This document shows, piece by piece, positions 52,054 to 61,977 of a DNA stretch of 64,000 nt. Position 1 is the stretch's first letter; every line of letters begins with the position of its first letter. The notes beneath the pieces were generated by a model, which was not told the DNA's origin, did not search any database, and saw only the letters and a program-made list of their open reading frames with translations. A program made the translations under genes and the position numbers. Origin of the DNA: an uncultured delta proteobacterium (GTDB lineage Bacteria; Myxococcota_A; Polyangia; Polyangiales; JAFGIB01); NCBI GenBank assembly GCA_963778655.1, contig CAVZVA010000009.1, positions 1,312,001-1,376,000 on the forward strand, written 5' to 3'.

Positions 52054-53040
52054 TTACCCCAGCGCGCGCGCGGCTTCCAGCGCGTGGTAGGTCAGGATCA
52101 GGTCTGCACCCGCGCGCTTGATCGAGGTCAGGATCTCCAGCATCACGCGCGTGCCGTCGAGCCAGCCGGCGCGCGCCGCGGCCTTCACCATCGCGTATTC
52201 GCCGCTCACGTTGTACGCGGCGACCGGCACGTCGGTCAGCGCCCGCACGCGCGTGATCACGTCGAGGTAGCTCAGCGCCGGCTTGACCATCACCATGTCC
52301 GCGCCCTCTTCGAGATCGAGCCGCACCTCGCGCAGTGCCTCGCGCGCGTTGGCCGGGTCCATCTGGTAGCCGCGCCGGTCGCCTTGCTGCGGCGCGCTGT
52401 CCGCGGCCTCGCGAAACGGGCCGTAGAAGGCGCTGGCGTACTTGGCCGCGTAGCTCAGGATGGCGACGTCGGGGAAGCCATCGTTGTCGAGCGCCTTGCG
52501 GATGGCGCGCACGCGGCCGTCCATCATGTCGCTGGGCGCGACCACGTCGGCGCCCGACTCGGCGTGGCACAACGCCTCGCGTACCAGCAGCTCCAGCGTA
52601 GCGTCGTTGTCGACCTCGACCTGGCCCCCGCGCCCCTGGACCAGCTTGCCGCAGTGGCCGTGGTCGGTGTACTCGCACATGCACACGTCGGTCATCACCA
52701 CCAGCTCGGGCAGCGCATCCTTGATGGCGCGCACGCTGCGCGCGACCGGGCCCTGCATGTCCCAGCCCGAGCTGCCGAGCGCGTCCTTGTGCTCGGGCAG
52801 GCCGAACAGGATCACGCTCAATACGCCCGCCGCTGCCGCGGCCTTGGCTTCCACCACGATCTGGTCGACCGAGAGCTGGAACACGCCCGGCATCGAGGCC
52901 ACCTCGCGCCGCTCGCCATGCCCCGGCATGGCGAACAGCGGCAGGATGAGGTCGCTGGGGCTGAGCTCGGTCTCGCGCACCAGCGCGCGCAGTCCCGCGC
53001 TGCGCCGTAACCTGCGCGGTCGTTGTTGGGGAAAGGTCAT
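52054..53040 (-). CDS. hemB: Porphobilinogen synthase
   Basis: [46 protein letters not shown]. Confidence 0.98.
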   Translation of the reverse strand: MTFPQQRPRRLRRSAGLRALVRETELSPSDLILPLFAMPGHGERREVASMPGVFQLSVDQIVVEAKAAAAAGVLSVILFGLPEHKDALGSSGWDMQGPVARSVRAIKDALPELVVMTDVCMCEYTDHGHCGKLVQGRGGQVEVDNDATLELLVREALCHAESGADVVAPSDMMDGRVRAIRKALDNDGFPDVAILSYAAKYASAFYGPFREAADSAPQQGDRRGYQMDPANAREALREVRLDLEEGADMVMVKPALSYLDVITRVRALTDVPVAAYNVSGEYAMVKAAARAGWLDGTRVMLEILTSIKRAGADLILTYHALEAARALG

Positions 53041-54590
53041 GGCTGCTCCTCGCTATAGTGGCGCTCGAGCGCCGCGATCAATCCCGGCACGGTGAAATCG
53101 CGCGCCTCGACGTCGACCCGCAGGCCGTGGCGCCGCAGCGTCGCGCTGGTGATGGGTCCGATCGAGGCGATGGTCAAGCCTTGCAGCAGCTGCCCGGCGT
53201 CGGCGCCCAGCGCCGAAAGCGTGTTGTCGACGGTGGAGCTCGAGCTGAAGGTGACCACATCGAGCTCGCGCGCGGCCAGCCGCTCGCGCATGCGTGTCCG
53301 CTCGCCCTCCGCGGCGGGCAGCGTGCGATAGGCCGCCACCACATCGACCCGCGCGCCGGCCGCGCGCAGCGCTTCGGGCAGCGCCTCGCGCGCCACCGCG
53401 GCGCGCGCCAGCAGCACCGCCTGCCCGTCCATGCGACCTGCGTGGCGCGCCAGGATCGCCTCGGCCACGGCCTCGCCCACGTGCTGCTCGGGCACGACGT
53501 CGGGCTCGATGCCGTGTGCGCGCACGCGCTCCGCGGTGGCCGGCCCGATCGCGGCTACGCGCACGCCGCCCAGGCGGCGCGCATCGCCGCCCTGCGCGCG
53601 CAGCTCGCCGAAGAACGCGTCCACGCCGTTGCTGCTGGTCAGCACCAGCCATCCGTAGCGTCCGACCTGCGCCACCGCCTCGCGCAGCGCCGCGGGGTCT
53701 TCGGGCTGCACGATGCGGATCGCCGGCGCGATCACCGGCTCGGCGCCGGCGTCGCGCAGCGCCTCGGCCATGCTCGCCGCCTGCGCCGCGGCGCGCGTCA
53801 CCAGCACGCGCTTGCCGAACAGCGGCTTGACGTCGTACCAGCGCAGCTGCTCGCGCAGCCGCACCACCTCGCCCACCACGGTCAGCGCCGGCATGCCGAT
53901 GGCGGCCTCGCGCGCGCGCTGCGCGATGTTCTCCACCGTGCCGACCACGGTGCGTTGCTGCGGCAGAGTCGCCGACTGGATCACCGCAGCCGGGCAGCCC
54001 GGCGCGCGGCCGTGCGCGATCAGCAGCCGCATCAGCGACTCCAGCTTGCGCGTACCCATGAAGATCACCAGGCTCTGGGTGGCGGTGGCGAGCTTGGCCC
54101 AGTCGTGCGCGCTGCCGTCCTTTTGCTCGGACTCGGTCGCGGTCACGTAGGCGATGCTGCTGGCGAGCTCGCGGTGGCTCAGTGAGATGCCGGCGTAGGC
54201 CGGCGCCGCCAGCGCCGAAGCCACGCCGGGCACCACCTCGAACTCGATACCCTCGGCGCGCAAATACTCGGCTTCCTCCGAGCCGCGGCCGAACAGATAC
54301 GGGTCGCCGCCCTTGAGCCGCGCCACCACGCGGCCTTCGCGCGCGGCCTCGACCATGCGCCGGTTGATCACCGCCTGGCGCTCGGAGGCACGCCCCGCGC
54401 GCTTGCCCACGAACACGCGCTCGGCTTCGGGCCGGCAGTGGCGCAGCAGATCCGGGTGAACCAGCGCGTCGTAGAGCACCAAATCCGCCTCGGCCAGGCG
54501 GCGGCGCGCGCGCAGCGTGATCAGCTCGGGATCCCCGGGGCCCGCACCGAGCAGATAGACCTTGCCGGGCCTGGCCGCTTCCGAGGACAC
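53037..54590 (-). CDS. cobA: Fused uroporphyrinogen-III C-methyltransferase / uroporphyrinogen-III synthase (CobA-HemD)
   Basis: [24 protein letters not shown]; then LVTRA, LTSSNGV, IGPATA, FSSSSTV. Confidence 0.96.
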   Translation of the reverse strand: MSSEAARPGKVYLLGAGPGDPELITLRARRRLAEADLVLYDALVHPDLLRHCRPEAERVFVGKRAGRASERQAVINRRMVEAAREGRVVARLKGGDPYLFGRGSEEAEYLRAEGIEFEVVPGVASALAAPAYAGISLSHRELASSIAYVTATESEQKDGSAHDWAKLATATQSLVIFMGTRKLESLMRLLIAHGRAPGCPAAVIQSATLPQQRTVVGTVENIAQRAREAAIGMPALTVVGEVVRLREQLRWYDVKPLFGKRVLVTRAAAQAASMAEALRDAGAEPVIAPAIRIVQPEDPAALREAVAQVGRYGWLVLTSSNGVDAFFGELRAQGGDARRLGGVRVAAIGPATAERVRAHGIEPDVVPEQHVGEAVAEAILARHAGRMDGQAVLLARAAVAREALPEALRAAGARVDVVAAYRTLPAAEGERTRMRERLAARELDVVTFSSSSTVDNTLSALGADAGQLLQGLTIASIGPITSATLRRHGLRVDVEARDFTVPGLIAALERHYSEEQP

Positions 54591-54686
54591 CGCGGCAGTG
54601 TAGCAGGCCGGCCAAAAACCCGCTCGATTGGGATCCCCTCGTCGCTCGATTGAGAGCGCCTCGCGCGGGCGCTATGCTGGCTGGCG

Positions 54687-56744
54687 GTGTCACGCATCAT
54701 TGGCCAGACCATGCTCGGGGTCGCGGCCCTTTGTTGCCTGACCGGGCCGGTGCGCGCCCAGAGCCAGAGCATGCCGGGGGTGGTGCTGGAGCTCGACTTC
54801 ACGCCCGCGCCGCGCGCCCAGCTCGCGGTCTGGTTGGAAGACGCCAGCGGGCATTTCATCCGCACCCTCCAGCTCACCGAGGCGGTCGCGTTCCACGGCA
54901 TCGGCAACCGGCCCGGCGCGTCCGAGCTCAACAGCGGCTACCGCTGGCCCTACGGCAGGCGCGAGGGCGTGCTGCCGATCTGGGCCTCGCGCCGCGCCGC
55001 GGCTCCGGGGGCCAAGCAGTGGAAGCGGGTGATCTTCCAGAACCGCACCTCGGAGGGCCTGGCCTCGCGCACCAGCACCGACCAGAGCCCCGACGACTAC
55101 TTCTGCCTCTCCTTCAACCAGGCCAAGAGCTCGCGCGACGCGCTCGACGCGATGAGCTGTGCGAGCCCGACCACGTTCAGCAGCGACAAGGGCCGCTTCA
55201 TCACCGACGCCGACGTCGCCGCCGGCTACGCCGAGCCGTGGCAGGATCCGAGCACCCAGGCGGCGAGCATGCAGCCGCTTTCGCTGTTCTCGCTGTACCC
55301 GCCGCGCATGGACGTCACGCGCTGCACCGACTCCAGCTGTTACGACACGCAGGACGTGTCGGGCTACGCGGCGCACGCGCGCGAGGTGATGCCCGAGATC
55401 GACGCGGTCAGCATTGCCACCCTGCCGGGCAACACCGCGCAGAGCCTGCTGTACAGCCTGCCGCCGGACTGGCCGCAGGGACAGTACGCGCTGTGGCTGG
55501 AGATCGCGGTGGAGGGCGACTACGACGCGACCTACGACGCCACGACGCTGCCCACGCCCAGCATGCCCAGCGGCAAGTGGGACTCGTGGGCCATGACCTT
55601 CGGCTATCCCTACCGCGGCCAGCCCTCGATCGCGTTCGAGGTCCCGTTCGAGCTGGGCGCCCCGGGCGAGGCCGTGTACACCACCGCCGCTCCGGTCGGG
55701 CGTTCGTCGTGGGACGTGTGGTCGCAGGGCTACGGCGCGCTGCAGTCGCTCGACGGCATCGCCGACGATCCCGCGGGCGCGCCCGGAAGCGGCGCCGACC
55801 GCCTGCGGGCAGACGCCAGCGGGCAGCGCATCACGCTGCACGTGCGCACGCTCGCCGAGCTGGCACCGCCCGATCCCAACCACCCGTTTCCGACGCTGCC
55901 GACCGGCTCGCACGACGGCGCGGGCTCGGGCGGGGGCGACACCACCAGCCCGAGCTCGCCTGCGGATGGCGGCATGGCTGGCGCGGGCGGCGCGAGCGCG
56001 ACCGAGGCGGACGCCGGCGCGAGCGCCGGCGGCGCGGGGCCGCCGGCGGCGCAGAGCCAGCGCGATCCGCAGACCGACGCCGTGATCTTGCTGCCGCAGG
56101 CAGCGCCCGAAGGTCCGGTGGGCGCGATCCACGGCCTGCGGCTCGGGCACCACCCGGATGTGCTGCACTCGCACGAGTGGATCACGCTGCGCTTCCTGGC
56201 GGCCAGCAGCGAGCAGCCGCTGCACCGCTACGAGGTGCGCGTCAGCGAGGAGCCGATCACCGACGAGGCGAGCTTCATCCAGAACGGCCGCGCCGCACGT
56301 ACCGCGACCGCCGACGCCGAGGGCGCGGTGCTGCTCATGCTGCCGACCGACGTCGCCGCCGGCCAGCTGATCGAGAGCGCGATCGGCGGTCTGGTCGCGC
56401 TCACCCACTATTACGTCGCCGTGCGCGCGACCGACGAGCTCGATCGGCACGGGCCGATCAGCGTCGCCGAGATCAGCACCACCAAACGCAGCTTCGCCAC
56501 GGTCACGCCGTGCTTCGTCGCCAGCGCCGCCTACGGCACGCCGCTGGCCGCGCAGGTGGGCGTGCTGCGGCGGATGCGTGACCGCCAGCTGCTGAGCAAT
56601 GCGCCCGGCCGCGCGCTGGTGCATGCCTACTACGCGCACGGCGCCGCGGCGGCGCGCGTGCTACAGCGCCACCCGACGCTGCGGCACGCGGTGCGCTGGC
56701 TGCTCGAGCCGCTGGTCTCGGCGCTCCACCGGCTCGAGCGCTGA
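54687..56744 (+). CDS. Secreted protein: DUF2271-like N-terminus, FN3-like domain, CFI-box-CTERM-like C-terminus
   Basis: Signal peptide; QLAVWLEDASGHFIRTL; GLVALTHYYVAVRATD; CFVASAAYG..LRRMRD..GRALVHAYY. Confidence 0.8.
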   Translation: MSRIIGQTMLGVAALCCLTGPVRAQSQSMPGVVLELDFTPAPRAQLAVWLEDASGHFIRTLQLTEAVAFHGIGNRPGASELNSGYRWPYGRREGVLPIWASRRAAAPGAKQWKRVIFQNRTSEGLASRTSTDQSPDDYFCLSFNQAKSSRDALDAMSCASPTTFSSDKGRFITDADVAAGYAEPWQDPSTQAASMQPLSLFSLYPPRMDVTRCTDSSCYDTQDVSGYAAHAREVMPEIDAVSIATLPGNTAQSLLYSLPPDWPQGQYALWLEIAVEGDYDATYDATTLPTPSMPSGKWDSWAMTFGYPYRGQPSIAFEVPFELGAPGEAVYTTAAPVGRSSWDVWSQGYGALQSLDGIADDPAGAPGSGADRLRADASGQRITLHVRTLAELAPPDPNHPFPTLPTGSHDGAGSGGGDTTSPSSPADGGMAGAGGASATEADAGASAGGAGPPAAQSQRDPQTDAVILLPQAAPEGPVGAIHGLRLGHHPDVLHSHEWITLRFLAASSEQPLHRYEVRVSEEPITDEASFIQNGRAARTATADAEGAVLLMLPTDVAAGQLIESAIGGLVALTHYYVAVRATDELDRHGPISVAEISTTKRSFATVTPCFVASAAYGTPLAAQVGVLRRMRDRQLLSNAPGRALVHAYYAHGAAAARVLQRHPTLRHAVRWLLEPLVSALHRLER

Positions 56745-56809
56745 GCTGCCCGCGCTCGCCGCGCGCTTGGACGCTTCCCGCGGGTGTGCTAGTGCTGTGC
56801 CCGCGACGC

Positions 56810-57346
56810 ATGCGCCAGAGGCTGCGATATCCGTGCCTGCTGCTCGCGCTCGCGCTGCTCGGTTGCCCGCGCGGCACGGCCCACAGCGAGCAGCAGGCCA
56901 AGCCCGCGCCCGCGGCACAGCCGAGCGCAAAGAGCGCGCCGGCCGCGAGCGCGGCGCGCGTGGTGCTGGCGCCCCCCGGCCAGGATCCGGTGACGGTTCG
57001 GGTCGAGGTCGCGCGCAACGAACAGCAGCGCAGGCGCGGGCTGATGTTCCGTACGCACATGGACCAGGACGCCGGGATGATCTTCCTGTTCGAGCAGCCC
57101 CAGCCGCTCACGTTCTGGATGCACAACACCTACATCCCGCTGGACATGATCTTCATCGACGCCTCTCTGCGCGTGCTCGGCGTGGTCGAGAACGCCGAGC
57201 CCCAGACCGACAGCGCCCGCGCGGTCCCGGGGCTGTCGCAGTACGTGCTCGAGGTCAACGCCGGCTTCAGCCGGCGCCACGGCCTGACGAAGGGCACGGC
57301 GGTGCGCTTCGAGGGCTTCGATTCGACTGCGGAGGCAGGGCGATGA
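56810..57346 (+). CDS. DUF192-domain lipoprotein
   Basis: LLGC lipobox; VEVA..RGLMFR, GMIFLF, FWMHNTYIPLDMIFI, YVLEVNAG. Confidence 0.92.
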   Translation: MRQRLRYPCLLLALALLGCPRGTAHSEQQAKPAPAAQPSAKSAPAASAARVVLAPPGQDPVTVRVEVARNEQQRRRGLMFRTHMDQDAGMIFLFEQPQPLTFWMHNTYIPLDMIFIDASLRVLGVVENAEPQTDSARAVPGLSQYVLEVNAGFSRRHGLTKGTAVRFEGFDSTAEAGR

Positions 57347-58332
57347 AACTGATACGAAGCGCGCCTTTCAGCCTGCTCGGGTGCTGCTGTGCGGGCCTGC
57401 TGCTCGCCTGCGGGGCGCTCGGGTGCTCGCACAAACAGTCCGAGGAGCAAGCCGAGCCGGCTTCCACGCCTGAGCCGAAGCCGGCGCCGAGCCCGCCGAG
57501 CAGCCAGCCACAGGGCGCGCGGCCCAAAGACCCGGATCCGACCCCGGAGACGGTCGACGGCTACCGGCTGATCCGCGCGCGCACCAAGGACGGCGAGACC
57601 GCGGCGATTCGCATTCAGCCGCCGAAGGGCTGGGACGTGGTGCAGGCGCCGACCGAGCCTGATCCGCAGGGCGGCAAGTTCACGCTGGCCCAGGCGACCA
57701 AGGGTCTGCCCAAGCAGGGCACGCTCGCGGCGCACATCAAGACCAGCATGGGCAGCTTCTACTGCGATCTGTTCGCTGACAAGACGCCCAACACGGTTGC
57801 CAACTTCGTCGGCCTTGCGCGCGGTCTGCGCAAGTTCTGGGACTCCCAGAAGCTGGCGTGGGTGGCGCGTCACTACTACGACGGCACCACGTTTCACCGC
57901 GTGATCCCGGGGTTCATGATCCAGGGTGGCGACTACACCGGCACCGGCCGCGGCGGCATCGGCTACACCATTCCAGACGAGATGAGCCCGACCCTGCACC
58001 ACGATCGTCCGGGTCAGTTGTGCATGGCCAACCGCGGCCCCAACACCAACGAAGCGCAGTTCTTCATCACCGAGGGCGCGGCGCCGCACCTGGAAGGCAG
58101 CTACACGATCTTCGGTCAGTGCGAGCCGGCCACGCTGGTGCAGCGCATCGCGCGCGTGCCGCAGTCGGGCGCGCCCGACAATCGCCCGCTCACCCCCGTC
58201 GTGATCGAGAAGGTGGAGATCAAGCGCGTGGTCGGCGGCGTCGCCAAGTGGATGCCGGCCAGCGCCAAGCTGCCTCCGATGCCGGGCGTGCCCCCGCCGC
58301 CGCGCGCGGTCCAGGTGCCGGCCCCGCACTGA
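57343..58332 (+). CDS. Cyclophilin-type peptidyl-prolyl isomerase, lipoprotein
   Basis: PNTVANFVGLA, FHRVIPGFMIQGGD, MANRGPNTN, QFFIT, YTIFG; ALGC lipobox; ATGA overlap. Confidence 0.94.
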   Translation: MKLIRSAPFSLLGCCCAGLLLACGALGCSHKQSEEQAEPASTPEPKPAPSPPSSQPQGARPKDPDPTPETVDGYRLIRARTKDGETAAIRIQPPKGWDVVQAPTEPDPQGGKFTLAQATKGLPKQGTLAAHIKTSMGSFYCDLFADKTPNTVANFVGLARGLRKFWDSQKLAWVARHYYDGTTFHRVIPGFMIQGGDYTGTGRGGIGYTIPDEMSPTLHHDRPGQLCMANRGPNTNEAQFFITEGAAPHLEGSYTIFGQCEPATLVQRIARVPQSGAPDNRPLTPVVIEKVEIKRVVGGVAKWMPASAKLPPMPGVPPPPRAVQVPAPH

Positions 58333-58344
58333 GGATCAAAGCAG

Positions 58345-58400
58345 CACAGGAAGTCGGGAAGGCCGGAGGAAGTCTGTTCTGCTTCCCGTCTTCCCGTAGA
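58345..58400. repeat. Dispersed intergenic repeat, inverted pair (could act as a terminator hairpin)
   Basis: CACAGGAAGTCGGGAAG..., then CTTCCCGTCTTCCCGTAGA; between convergent genes. Confidence 0.72.
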
Positions 58401-58410
58401 ATCGCTTGCG

Positions 58411-58890
58411 TCAGCTGCGCGGCTTGCGGCGCTCGCCGCCGCGCGCCTTGTCGTCGCCGCCCAGCTCGATGTCGAGCTCGGGCTTGAGTGATCCGTTCTC
58501 CCGCTCCTTGAAGCGCAGCCGCACCTGGGCCTCCACGTCGAGGCCCGTCAGCACCTTGCGGACTTCGGAGGCGATGTCCGCCTCGCGCAAGAAGCGACCG
58601 ACCTCGAGCGCGACCGCCTTGACCATGCCGCTGCGCAGGTCGCCGAGCTGCGTGACGAATTGCGAGGCGATGTCTCGCGGGAAGATCGATTCGCTGACCC
58701 GCTCCAGCGGACCGCGCCCCGCCTCCAGCCCTCTGCGCAGCAGCTCGGGCAGGATGCGCTCGAGCGGCGTGCGCGCGTCGAACTCACGGCCGTCCGGCGC
58801 GGCCGAGCCGGGGCGCGGTATGGAGGCCTCACGCGCAGCCTCCTCGGCGGGTTCCGAGCTGGGAGGCCGCTGGGCCGAGCGCGAGGTCAT
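58411..58890 (-). CDS. Hypothetical helical protein
   Basis: 159-aa ORF with GC3 bias; LERILPELLRRGLE..VALEVGRFLREADIASEVRKVL. Confidence 0.75.
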   Translation of the reverse strand: MTSRSAQRPPSSEPAEEAAREASIPRPGSAAPDGREFDARTPLERILPELLRRGLEAGRGPLERVSESIFPRDIASQFVTQLGDLRSGMVKAVALEVGRFLREADIASEVRKVLTGLDVEAQVRLRFKERENGSLKPELDIELGGDDKARGGERRKPRS

Positions 58891-58944
58891 GCCTGCTCAT
58901 TGTGGAAAAGTCGAAGCCCGGTGTCAAAGCGGGCGCGGAAGGGA

Positions 58945-58969
58945 TCACAGGAAGGCGGGAAGACAGGAG
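58945..58969 (+). repeat. Dispersed intergenic repeat copy
   Basis: TCACAGGAAGGCGGGAAGACAGGAG between divergent genes. Confidence 0.75.
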
Positions 58970-59052
58970 GACCGAGCCGCAAAGCCGGTCGACTGTGGCG
59001 CGCTCGATATGCGTCCGGCTGCGCGCGCCGATCCGGGTGTAGGCTCCCCGGC

Positions 59053-60165
59053 ATGGCGCGGATCCTGATGGTGTCGAAGCCGGTGGCACCGCCGTGGAAC
59101 GACAGCACCAAGAACCTGGTGCGCGATCTGGCGAGCGGGTTGCGCCGTCATCAGGCGGTGATCATGACGCGGCGGGGCGAGGATCCCGCGCTCGCCGGGG
59201 TCGAGCAGGAAGCGCTCTATCCCCGCTCGGCCGGCGGCTTCGCGCCCGCGTTGGCCGACAACGCGCGCGTGCTGCGGCGCCTGCTGCTGGGCCGGCCGCA
59301 CGCGTTGTGGCATTTCTTCTTCGCCCCGAACAAACGCAGCAGCCGCGCGTCGTCGCTGGCCGCGCGCCTGCGCGGCGTGCCAACCGTGCAGACTATGTGC
59401 AGCGCGCCCGCGCCGGGAGCGGAGCTGCGCGCGTTGTTGTTCGCCGACCGCACCGTCGTGCTCTCGCGCCACACCGAGCAGCAGGCGCTCGAGGCCGGCG
59501 TGCAGGCCGCGCGCCTGCGCCGCATCGCGCCCGCAGTCGCTCCGCTGCAGCCCCGCGACGCTGAGGCATCTGCGCGCGTGCGCGCCGAGCTCGGCTTGCC
59601 GCCGCAACAGCCCCTGGTCGTCTACCCCGGCGACCTCGAGTTCTCCGCCGGTGCCGAGCGCACGCTACGTGCGTACGCCGCGCTGCGCCGCGAGCACGAC
59701 GCGCGGCTGGTGCTCGCCTGCCGCGCCAAGACTCCGGCCGCGCGCGAGGTGGAGCAGCGCCTGCGCGCGCTCGCCGCCGAGTTGGGTGTGGACCGGGGCG
59801 TACACTGGGTGGGCGAGACACGTGCGATCCACGATCTACTGGCCGCCGCCGAGGTGGTGGCGCTGCCGGCCGAGAGCCTGTATGCGAAGATGGATCTGCC
59901 GCTGGTGCTGATCGAGGCGATGTGGTTGGAGCGGGCGGTGCTGGTGGCCGAGGGCACGGCCGCGGCCGAGCTGGCGCAGGGCGGCGCCGCGCTGGCGGCC
60001 GCCCCCGACGTCGACGCCGTCGCGGATGCGCTGCACTCGCTGCTGCGCGACGCAGAGGCACGCGCCACCCTCGGCCGGCGCGCTCGACAGGCTGCGCTCG
60101 AGCGCTACCATCCGGCCGTCGTCGCCGACGCCCATGACGCGCTGTACGACGAGCTGCTGCAATGA
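59053..60165 (+). CDS. Glycosyltransferase family 4 (GT-B)
   Basis: MARILMVSKPVAPPWND; LLAAAEVVALP..KMDLPLVLIEAM; RATLGRRARQ..ERY. Confidence 0.88.
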   Translation: MARILMVSKPVAPPWNDSTKNLVRDLASGLRRHQAVIMTRRGEDPALAGVEQEALYPRSAGGFAPALADNARVLRRLLLGRPHALWHFFFAPNKRSSRASSLAARLRGVPTVQTMCSAPAPGAELRALLFADRTVVLSRHTEQQALEAGVQAARLRRIAPAVAPLQPRDAEASARVRAELGLPPQQPLVVYPGDLEFSAGAERTLRAYAALRREHDARLVLACRAKTPAAREVEQRLRALAAELGVDRGVHWVGETRAIHDLLAAAEVVALPAESLYAKMDLPLVLIEAMWLERAVLVAEGTAAAELAQGGAALAAAPDVDAVADALHSLLRDAEARATLGRRARQAALERYHPAVVADAHDALYDELLQ

Positions 60166-60899
60166 CGGATGCTTCCGACAACAACAACCGCGCCTACTAC
60201 GACGACTTCAGCAGTGGCTACGAGCGCGAGCGCGGCCTGGGCTACCACCGCCTGCTCGACGATCTCGAGCTGCAGGTGGTCGCACCGTTAGCGCGCGGGC
60301 GTCGCGTGCTCGAGGTGGGCTGCGGCACGGGGTTGATCCTCGGCCGTCTCGCGCAGCACGCCGCGCGCGCCTGCGGTGTCGATCTCTCCCCGGGCATGCT
60401 GCGCGCCGCACACCGCCGCGGCTTGCAGGTGGCACTCGCGAGCGCGACCCGATTGCCCTTTCCGGACGCAAGCTTCGACCTGGTGTGCAGCTTCAAGGTG
60501 CTCGCGCACGTTCCGGATATCAAGGGTGCGCTGGCGGAAATCGCGCGCGTGACGCGGCCCGGCGGCCAGTTGGTGTTGGAGTTCTACAACCCCTGGAGCT
60601 TGAGGTATCTGGCCAAGCGCGCGGCAGGTCCGCGTCCGATCAGCGAAGGCCGCACCGAGGCCGACGTGTTCACGCGCTGGGATTCGCCGCGCGCCGTGCG
60701 CGCGCTGCTTCCGTTCGACGTGGAGCTGCAAGGATTTCGCGGCGTGCGTGTGCTCACCCCGGCCGCGTTCGTCTACAAGGTGCCCGTATTGAGTCATGCG
60801 CTTGCGCTTCTGGAACGACGCGCGCTGGACTCCGCGCTGAGTCGCTTCGGTGGATTCCTGATCGTGCTTGCGCGCAAGCGTGACGCCGCGGGCGATTGA
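60162..60899 (+). CDS. Class I SAM-dependent methyltransferase
   Basis: VLEVGCGTG, GVDLSPGML, LPFPDASFDLV, RVTRPGG; ATGA overlap with the GT4 gene. Confidence 0.93.
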   Translation: MTDASDNNNRAYYDDFSSGYERERGLGYHRLLDDLELQVVAPLARGRRVLEVGCGTGLILGRLAQHAARACGVDLSPGMLRAAHRRGLQVALASATRLPFPDASFDLVCSFKVLAHVPDIKGALAEIARVTRPGGQLVLEFYNPWSLRYLAKRAAGPRPISEGRTEADVFTRWDSPRAVRALLPFDVELQGFRGVRVLTPAAFVYKVPVLSHALALLERRALDSALSRFGGFLIVLARKRDAAGD

Positions 60900-60941
60900 C
60901 TTGCGAAGCCAAACTGGGCGAGATATAGCTGTCGAGCGCGC

Positions 60942-61937
60942 ATGGCGGACAAAAGCAACAACAGCGCGAGCAGCTTGCGTCGATTGCGTAAACGCGTCGA
61001 GCGTGCGCTGGCCGACGGCGCGCGCGGGCTCGACGTGGTGCGCGACCTGGAAACAATCGCGCGCGAAGCCGGCGACGGAGACCGCGACGCGCTGTTCGCG
61101 CATCGCCAGCTGGCCGAGCTGCGGCTGGAGGAGTCGCCCTGGCGCGCTGCGCTTCACCTGCGCAGGCTGATCCTCGCGGATGCCGCCGACGATGGTGTCT
61201 ACGCGCTGATGGGCTTGTGCCAGGCCATGCTCGGTAACTTCCGCGCCGCGATCTCGACCTATCAGCGCGCGATCGAGCTGGCGCCGCGCAACCCCTGGTA
61301 CCACCACAACATCGGACACCTGTTGGACGTCGGCCTCGGTCACTCGCAGGCGGCGCTGCAGCACTTGCGGTTGGCCAATACGCTCGAGCCGCGCGAGGAC
61401 GAGATCACGGCCTCGCTGGCGCACTGCTTGGGGCGGCTGGGTCAGCTGGTGGAGGCGCGCGCCCTGGCCGCGGACGCGGTCCGCAGCGCGCCGCACAACG
61501 CCGACCACCGCGCGTTGCTGGAATGGATCGACCGCGGTGCGCCGGGCATGCGGGTCACTCGCCGTGCGGGCGCGCCGGGCAAGGCCCGGGTGCAAGTGCC
61601 GGTGCGCGATCGGGCGCTCGAGTCGCGCGATCCGGTCGGCCGCATGCTGGCGGTGAGCATGCCGCAGGCCGGCTACTCACCTGGCCACGTGCACCGCGCT
61701 CACGCGTTATGGTCCGACTTCTGCGAGCGGCGCGCATTGCGCGTGGCCAAGCCGGCGGTGTACGCGGCGGCGATCGAATACGCGATCGCGATGGTGCACG
61801 GCGTGCGCGGCGTGACACAGGTGGTGCTGGCGCGCCGTTACGGCGTTGCGCCGGCGTCGATCTCGAGCCGCTACGCCGAGATTCGGACCGCGCTCGCGCT
61901 GGTGCCGGGCGACCCGCGCTACCGCGCCGTTCGCTGA
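60942..61937 (+). CDS. TPR protein with a C-terminal helical/HTH module
   Basis: YALMGLCQAMLGNFRAAISTYQRAIELAPRNPWYHHNIG TPRs; C-terminal AAAIEY..TQVVLARRYGVAPASISSRYAEI. Confidence 0.85.
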   Translation: MADKSNNSASSLRRLRKRVERALADGARGLDVVRDLETIAREAGDGDRDALFAHRQLAELRLEESPWRAALHLRRLILADAADDGVYALMGLCQAMLGNFRAAISTYQRAIELAPRNPWYHHNIGHLLDVGLGHSQAALQHLRLANTLEPREDEITASLAHCLGRLGQLVEARALAADAVRSAPHNADHRALLEWIDRGAPGMRVTRRAGAPGKARVQVPVRDRALESRDPVGRMLAVSMPQAGYSPGHVHRAHALWSDFCERRALRVAKPAVYAAAIEYAIAMVHGVRGVTQVVLARRYGVAPASISSRYAEIRTALALVPGDPRYRAVR

Positions 61938-61977
61938 TAATTTGTCGCCGGCGCCGGCCATCGGTTAGCTCGTAGCC

